Part shown: positions 32,516-39,180 of the stretch, one piece after another
Layout of the letters: each line of letters opens with the position of its first letter
Position numbering within the stretch: the stretch's first letter is position 1
Origin: a virus
Strand: one strand, 5' to 3'
Length of the DNA stretch: 39,180 nt
Virus record (IMG/VR): IMGVR_UViG_3300045988_088556
Translations under genes and position numbers: made by a program
The notes under the pieces: generated by a model
Seen by the model: only the letters and a program-made list of their open reading frames with translations
Told to the model about the DNA's origin: nothing
The model's database searches: none

Positions 32516-35500
32516 ATGACAGACGAGGAGAAGAAGACCGTCGTTCAGGAAGTCCTGAACCAGATAAAGACAGACAGTCAGAGCGTGGACGAACTGGAAA
32601 CCGCCACCTCACTTGACTGCGTGAACTCACTCCCGGCCATGCAGGGTGAGAAGGTTGTCCGTGTGCCTGTGTCCCTGCTTGCGAAACCTGCGGAAGACGC
32701 GGCCAAGAGAGCAAACGCAGCCGCCGCCACAGCGGACGCATCATCGAAAGCGGCCGGAACTGCGGCACAGCAGGCCAAAGACGCGGCAGATGTGGCTTCC
32801 GGCGCGGCACTCACGGCCAACAATTCGGCCATGCTTGCCGATGCGGCCACGGCAAAGCTGAATGATGCCATCGCAGCCGCCAACACCCACCCGGTGGTGC
32901 TGGCGAACAGCCTTGTCGGTGATGCAGACCGCATATTCAGTGACTGGTCAGAGGCGATGGAGACCATTGCCGGCAACGAGAGCGTCGGTGGTGAGAAAGT
33001 ATTTACCACCGGCTGCGTGATGATATTCAGGAGTGCGGACGGTTGGGAGTCCTGGCAGTTCACCGGTGATCCCCTCGATGACCTCCATGATGCGGAGAAA
33101 TGGCAGGAATATGCCACAGGCGGCAGTGGCGGAAACACCTACAATGTGACAGAGGAAATCCCGCTTGAGAGCGGTTACTACACATTGGCGACCGCCATTG
33201 TTGCCGTAGAGGAGAAGAAACGCGCCAAGGGACGCTGCATCACCTACGAGACGGCACAGGGCAAGTGGGAGACCAAGCAGTTCATCGGCACGAGCCTTGA
33301 CAGTTGGGAACAGGCGGCAAGTTGGGAGGACTTCGGCGGTGCGGGTAACGTGAAGAGCATATCGGTAAACGGAAAGAAACAGACGCTTGACAGCGCGGGC
33401 AACGTGAACCTCACCATAAATGAGACGGAGGTGGACGAGAGTCTGAACGCCAACTCGACGAACCCGGTGCAGAACGCGGCCGTGGCCGCCAAACTTGCAG
33501 AGGTCGAAGCCAACACCATATTCGGCGGCAGTGCCGAACTGAGCGATGACGAGAGCACCGTGCGTGTGACGCTGACCAACAAGAGCGGCGCGGAGGTTGT
33601 CGGCTTGGATATTCCTGCCGGCAAGGGCGGCGGTGGCGGAGAAACCTCCACCACCAGAATCGTGTTGACGGCAGAAACAGACAAGTCCGTCATCAAGGAA
33701 GGCGACAAGGCCACACTCACATGGTTCTACGACCACCAGTACAGCAGCGGTGACGAGAAGGGGACATCGACGGGGCAGAAAGCCACGGTGGAGATACAGA
33801 TGAAACGCGGCGCGACGCTGATGTATTCCGATACGCAGCAGGACGTGAGCAAGGGCACCTATACGCTGGACCTGACGAAATACCTCCTTTTGGGCACGAC
33901 TGACATCTATGTGAAGGCCACCACCACCGACCCGACCACAGGCAAGACGCAGACCAAGCAGAGCTATGTAAGTGTGAAGGCGGTGACGCTTGCACTGACG
34001 AGCGGTTTCAATATTGCCGAGTGCATTGCAAAGGGTGGTTATGGCGTGAGCGAGAATGTGGGCATACCCTATGCCGTAAGCGGAAGCGGTACAAAGACCG
34101 TCACCCTCTATGTGGACGGCATACAGAAAGATTCCGTTTCTGTCACGAGGAGCGGTACGACCAACGGTATCTTTACGCTCTCCATGTCCGGGCTTGCTGT
34201 CGGCAGGCATACCGTGCAGATGGTGGCTGAGATGAAGGCAAGCGAGGAACTGACACTGAAGAGCGATAGCATCTATTTCGATATATTGAAGACCGGCAGC
34301 AGCGCTCCATATATAGGAACCAAGATAACCTTCAAGGACGGACGCGTCTTTACGGCAGACCATCTCACCCCGACTATCGACACAGGCCAGTATGAGCAGG
34401 TGTTGTTCGACTTCGTGGCGTATGACCCGACAGCGACCCCTGCAAGCATGAGCGTGTGGAGGGACGGCATAAGGACACAGACGGTGAGCGTGCCGAGAAC
34501 GGTGCAGACCTACACGAACCGTTTCCTGGAGAAAGGCGCAGTTGCGATGGTGCTGAAGTGCGGCACGACCGAATACAAGTTCAATGTGAACGTGACGGAG
34601 AGCGGCATCGACCTTGGCGAGGCGACATCGGGACTGGTGCTGAAGCTGACGGCAGCGGGCAGGAGCAATGCGGAGAGCAGTCCTGCGGAATGGCGTTATA
34701 ACGACGTTCAAACGGCGTTTGAAGGCTTTGACTGGCAGAGCAACGGCTGGACGGGTGACGCGCTGAAATTGACGAACGGCGCGAACATCGAGATAGGCTG
34801 CAAACCATTCGGCAACGATGCTACGACCACTGGTGCGACTTACGAGATGGAACTGACCTGCACCAATGTGACCGACCGCAAGGGCACGGTGGTGGACTGT
34901 ATGGCCGACAATGTCGGTTTCAGACTGACCACGCAGGAGGCGCTGATGTGCACGGGCGCAGGCTCGGAAGTGGGCACGAAGTTCGCGAGCGGCATGACAC
35001 TGAAGATAGCCTTCGTGGTCCAGGAGAAGAAGGGCAACCGGCTGATGGAACTGTATGTGAACGGCATATTGAGCGGTGCAAAGCAGTACGCCCCGACAGA
35101 CAGCCTTCTGCAGGACGAGCCGGCCAACATCAGGATAACGAGTGAGAGCGCGGACGTGGAGGTAAGGAACCTGCGCATATACAACCGTGCATTGGGCGAT
35201 GACGAGGAACTTGCCAACTACATGGTGGACCGCCCGACGAGCGATGAGATGGTGTTTCTGTTCGAGAAGAACCAGGTGATGGACGACGAGGGCACTGATG
35301 TCGATATAGACAAGCTGAGGGCGATGGGCAAGAGCGTGATGCGCATCGTGGGCGACGTTAACTTAGTGAACCAGACGAACAACAAGAAGTTCGAGGTGCC
35401 GGTCGATATATACTTCTATTCGGCCTACGGCAAGGAGTATGACTTCATCATCTACCAGTGCGGTCTGCGCATACAGGGAACATCATCGACGACCTACCCG

Positions 35501-38500
35501 AGAAAGAACTACCGCATATACTTCTCAAGAGAGAGCAAGTACGGCACGAAGTTGTATGTGAACGGAGTGGAGGTTCCTGACTTCAAGTATTCGTTCAAGC
35601 CGGGGGCACGTCCCATTGACATTTTCTGTCTGAAAGCCGACTTCTCGGACTCGTCCTCAACGCACAACCCCGGCGGTGTGCGCATCGTGAACGATATTTG
35701 GAAGAAATGCGGCTGGCTGACTCCGCCACAGGCGGCATACAAAGGCAACTACGACGTGAGAATCGGCGTGGACGGTTTCCCTATGGACCTGTTCTATGAC
35801 AACGACGGGACAGGTGAGAACGTGTACTTAGGCAAGTACAACTTCCTGAACGAGAAGAGCGGCAGCGGCATCATCTACGGCTTTGAGGGTATCGAGGGTT
35901 TCAATGACGAAGCAACACTCAATGGTGAACGCAACAAGTGCATCTGTCTGGAGTTTCTGAACAACTCTGAGGCACTGTGTCTGTTCGGTACGAGCAACAT
36001 GGACTCGTTTGACGACGCACTGGAGTTCCGTTTCAAGGCCGATGACACATGGGCGACGGCGCACGAGGACGACAAGGCAGCTGTGAAACGCCTTTGGGAA
36101 TGGATTTATTCGTGCAAGGGCAACCCGACAAAGTTCTTGAACGAATATGAGGGCTATTTCGGCAACGACTCGCCCTTTGCATGGTATCTGATAACCGACT
36201 ACCTGATGGCTGTCGATAACCGCGCGAAGAACATGATGCTCGTGACATGGGACGGCAAGATATGGTACTTCATTCCCTACGACATGGATACCATCTTCGG
36301 CGAGCGGAATGACTCGGTGCTGAAGTACGACTACACGATAACGTGGGAGACGATGGACGAGAGCATCGGCTCGTATGCCTTTGCAGGGCATGACTCGGTA
36401 TTGTGGGAGCTGGTGAGAAGCTGCCCCGACAAGTTGCGCGAGGTGGCCGACAAGCTGCGCTCTACCATGTCGTTGGAATATGTGCTGAAAGTGTTCAACG
36501 AGAAGCAGATGGGCAACTGGTGCGAGCGCATCTACAACAAGGACGGTATCTATAAGTATATCAAACCGCTCACGGATGGCGTGACGAGTGCTGACGGAAC
36601 GACCAATTACTACGACTACCTGTACGCGTTGCAGGGCAGCCGGTACGCCCACCGCACCTTCACCATTCAGAACCGCTTCGCCCTGCTTGACAGTCAGTAT
36701 GTGTGCGGCACATACAGAAAGGACAGCTTTGCGGCCTACTTCGGCTACAAATTTGGCTCGGATAACCGCAAAATAAGAATCACGGCAAGCGAGCGTTACT
36801 ACTTCGGATACGGCTACACAAGCGGAACGCCTCACCAAAGTGCGGTGCTGGCCGAGGACACGGGTAGCACGGTAAACCTGACATTGGATACAGATCTCAT
36901 TGTGAACGACCCGCAGTACATCTACGGCGCAAGCCGCATCATGGGGCTTGACCTGACGGACGTGAGTCACGCTATACTGCAGACGCTGAATCTGAACAAC
37001 TGCACGGCACTGAGGACGCTGGACGTGAGCTGTGCCCAGGCACAGACAACGCTGAACGCCCTGTTGGTAAACGGTTGTCGGAACTTGCGGACATTGAGCA
37101 TGACCGGTCTGAAGTCCACAGCCTTTACAGGCATAGACCTGAGTAACAACACGAAGTTGGAGACACTGAAAGCTGGCCGGACGGCACTGACAGGCGTGAA
37201 CTTCGCACAGGGCGCACCGCTGACGAGCGTGACGCTGCCTGCGACATCGCAGACGCTGGAGTTGCGCTATTTGGGCAAACTGAGGACAAGTGGCCTGACA
37301 TTAGAGGGCACGGGCAATATCACACGCTTTGTGGTGGATAATTGTCCCGGCATAGACTGGCAGACATTGTATGCAAGATGCACCAATGTAAAGTATCTGC
37401 GCGTGACTGGTATCGACATGGAGGGCGACGGCAGCCTGCTGACCTCGCTGATGGCGATTGGCGGCGTGGACGAGAACGGTGGCAACGTGGATACCTGCCG
37501 ACTGGTGGGCACATATCGACTGACGCAATACAAGGCCGATGAAGAGTACGATGCACTGCAGCGGCACTTCCCCGAACTGAACATTGTACAGCCCGAATAC
37601 ACCATGCTGGAGAGCGACGAGAGTGTGGCAGACGATGCGAATATCTCCAATCTTGACAACGGAACGGGCTACAAGTACGGCAACGACTACAAGCCGAGCG
37701 GGCACATAGAGGCAATCTTCAAGAACCGCCACCGTGTGCTGGCGAAGGTGACAAAGAAGGCTACGACAAGAAATGTGAACATCGCCAATGTGGATACCGT
37801 GGTGAACAACCTTGACGGTGAGATGACATATTGCCCACTTGCAGACACGGACAGCAACAAGTATTATGATGGCACGGTTGCAAAGCTGGACGGCACGGAG
37901 GGCGACTGGATGATGTATGAGCCATTCTTCTGGAGCAAGGGCATCAACGACTTCCTGAACGGCAAGAACTACAGCTGCTACAGTTCAAGGGACAAGGACC
38001 ACATGCCGACGGTGCCGAACGTGGACGTGCTTACGCTTGCGGACATCAAGGCACGTCAAGGCGGTTATACCAGCGGAAAGAAGATAATGAGCGGCAAGGA
38101 CACCATCAAGAACTCCTACAGCACAGACAGCACCTATTCCGTATGTATGGTCGATGTCAGCGGTTACAAGAAAGTACGCTGGCCGAGTGTGCCAGGAACC
38201 AATCTCGTAGGCTCAATATTTGCTGATGCAAGCGGTAATGTGGTGAAAGACATCGTGGTTCCGACTCTGGGCAGCCGTTTCGAGGCCGGTATGTATCTTA
38301 TATCAGATGTTCCGGAAGGTGCGACGGCATTGTATTTCTCCATTTTGAACACGGCAGAGTTCGATAAGGTAGTCCTCTCCAACAGTGAGAAGATAGAGGA
38401 CATGGAGCCGGAGTGGTTCGCCAATGACGAGCACTTGTGCGCTGTTGTGGGCAGCTCGGTAGTCGGCAGCAAGTTGCGCTCTGCCATAACAGGCAACAGC

Positions 38501-39135
38501 ACCACCGGCAGTATGTCATGGACGGACTTCCACTATTACAGCGTGCAGCGAGGCATGCAGCAGATAGACGCGCTGATGCACTTCCGTATTGCCAACTTGA
38601 GCTATGCCAAGTATGGGCGCAGGAATATGCAGGAACAGTGCGGCGCCGGCCAGCATTCCTATATGAGAACAACCGGCGGTACAGCGTCAAGAGGTATGCA
38701 GGACACCATTGGCTTTGAGGAGGCAAGCGGAATCAACCCGAATGTGACAAACAATACCTCCGATGCAGGCGTGCACCTGTATGCCTGGTATATAGAGAAA
38801 GACGAGTACGGAGCCACAAAGGTGACACAGGTGAACAATATCTGCTGTATAGGCTATGAGGACATCTACGGCAACAAGTATGATATGATGGACGGCGTTG
38901 ATGTACCGAATACAAGCGGCAATGTCGGCAAGTGGCGCATTTGGCTACCTGACGGCAGTACCATTATGATAAAAGGCATGAGCAACAGCGGCTACTGGAT
39001 AACCACCGTGGCGCATGGCAAACTGATGGCAATAGTGCCTGTTGGAGCCATGAATGGCTCGTCCACCACCTACTACTCTGATATATACTATTTCAGTTCA
39101 GGCACGTGCCGTGTGGTCTATCGCGGGTGCTACAA
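32516..39135 (+). CDS. Giant receptor-binding tail fibre protein and DGR target. 3'-partial (more than 2206 aa) with LamG-like, CotH-like, LRR-like and C-terminal lectin-like regions.
   Basis: The frame is open from the ATG at 32516 to the adapter junction; I translated it by eye and spot-checked it at 34682, 36962 and 38702. It is absent from the ORF track because it has no stop in the window.
- LamG-like: LYVNG...VEVRNLRIYNRAL
- CotH-like: PRKNYRIYF, FCLKADFSDSS, VYLGKYNF
- LRR-like: LNLNNCTALRTLDVS...
- The 3' end matches the TR. Confidence 0.85.
39108..39135 (+). repeat. DGR variable repeat (VR), only the first 28 nt visible, truncated by the fragment end
   Basis: gccgtgtggtctatcgcgggtGcTacaa aligned to TR gccgtgtggtctatcgcgggtAcAacaa. 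The mismatches at 39129 and 39131 both correspond to TR adenines (13012 and 13010). Confidence 0.75.
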
Positions 39136-39180
39136 CTGTCTCTTATACACATCTCCGAGCCCACGAGACTACGCTGCATC
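39136..39180. other. Library adapter (reverse complement of 1-45). Not biological.
   Basis: CTGTCTCTTATACACATCT plus CCGAGCCCACGAGAC plus the tag. This is the Nextera mosaic-end read-through sequence. Confidence 0.92.

Larger units (their letters stand above)
46..39135 (+). mobile_element. Mu-like transposable phage / prophage fragment (siphovirus-type tail module). The right end is not reached.
   Basis: Repressor, DDE transposase and MuB-like ATPase at the left. Also terS, terL, DUF935-type portal, MuF, protease, capsid, tape measure and tail fibre. Coding is dense and uninterrupted. Confidence 0.8.

Overview
The window is one ~39.1-kb fragment of a Mu-like (transposable) tailed phage or prophage. 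It is bounded at both ends by 45-nt Nextera/Tn5 library adapter sequence, which is an artefact and not a biological inverted repeat. Several intergenic regions carry Bacteroidales-type promoter -7 boxes (TAnnTTTG), so a Bacteroidales host is plausible. The layout resembles what I recall for DGR-carrying transposable Bacteroides phages ('Hankyphage'-like), but I cannot align it to confirm this.

Gene layout:
- Left (218-8849): an HTH+S24 repressor on the minus strand, then a plus-strand early operon. The operon holds a DDE transposase, a MuB-like ATPase, Mu-type accessory genes (GemA-like, DUF3164-like, DUF4406-like) and two morphogenesis genes.
- Centre (8936-18904): a minus-strand block of terS, terL, portal and a MuF protein with an AT-rich C-terminal extension. 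An accessory cassette follows: a small membrane protein, a DGR template repeat plus reverse transcriptase, a DUF4376-like gene, a Mor-like HTH, a thymidylate-synthase-family enzyme and a Dam-type methylase.
- Right (19108-39135): a plus-strand head, lysis and tail operon: protease, capsid, amidase, overlapping membrane/lipoprotein genes, tail tube, frameshifted chaperones, a 1394-aa tape measure, Dit and Tal. It ends in a receptor-binding protein of more than 2206 aa that runs off the fragment.

The most interesting system is a diversity-generating retroelement (DGR):
- The template repeat is rich in AAY codons and lies directly upstream of an RT with DGR signatures.
- The only visible variable repeat is the last 28 nt of the giant tail-fibre gene. 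It lies ~26 kb away on the opposite strand and differs from the template only at template adenines.
- No Avd-like gene is visible, and the RT carries an extra C-terminal domain of ~100 aa.

Secondary leads:
- a TS-family enzyme with Asp at the pyrimidine-specificity position, next to a Dam methylase
- a candidate MuF polymorphic-toxin C-terminus
- a structured intergenic region and a tRNA-like element
- a 19-bp perfect palindrome between the divergent late operons
- a duplicated start region in the repressor gene

All functional calls rest on motifs read by eye. No database search was possible.
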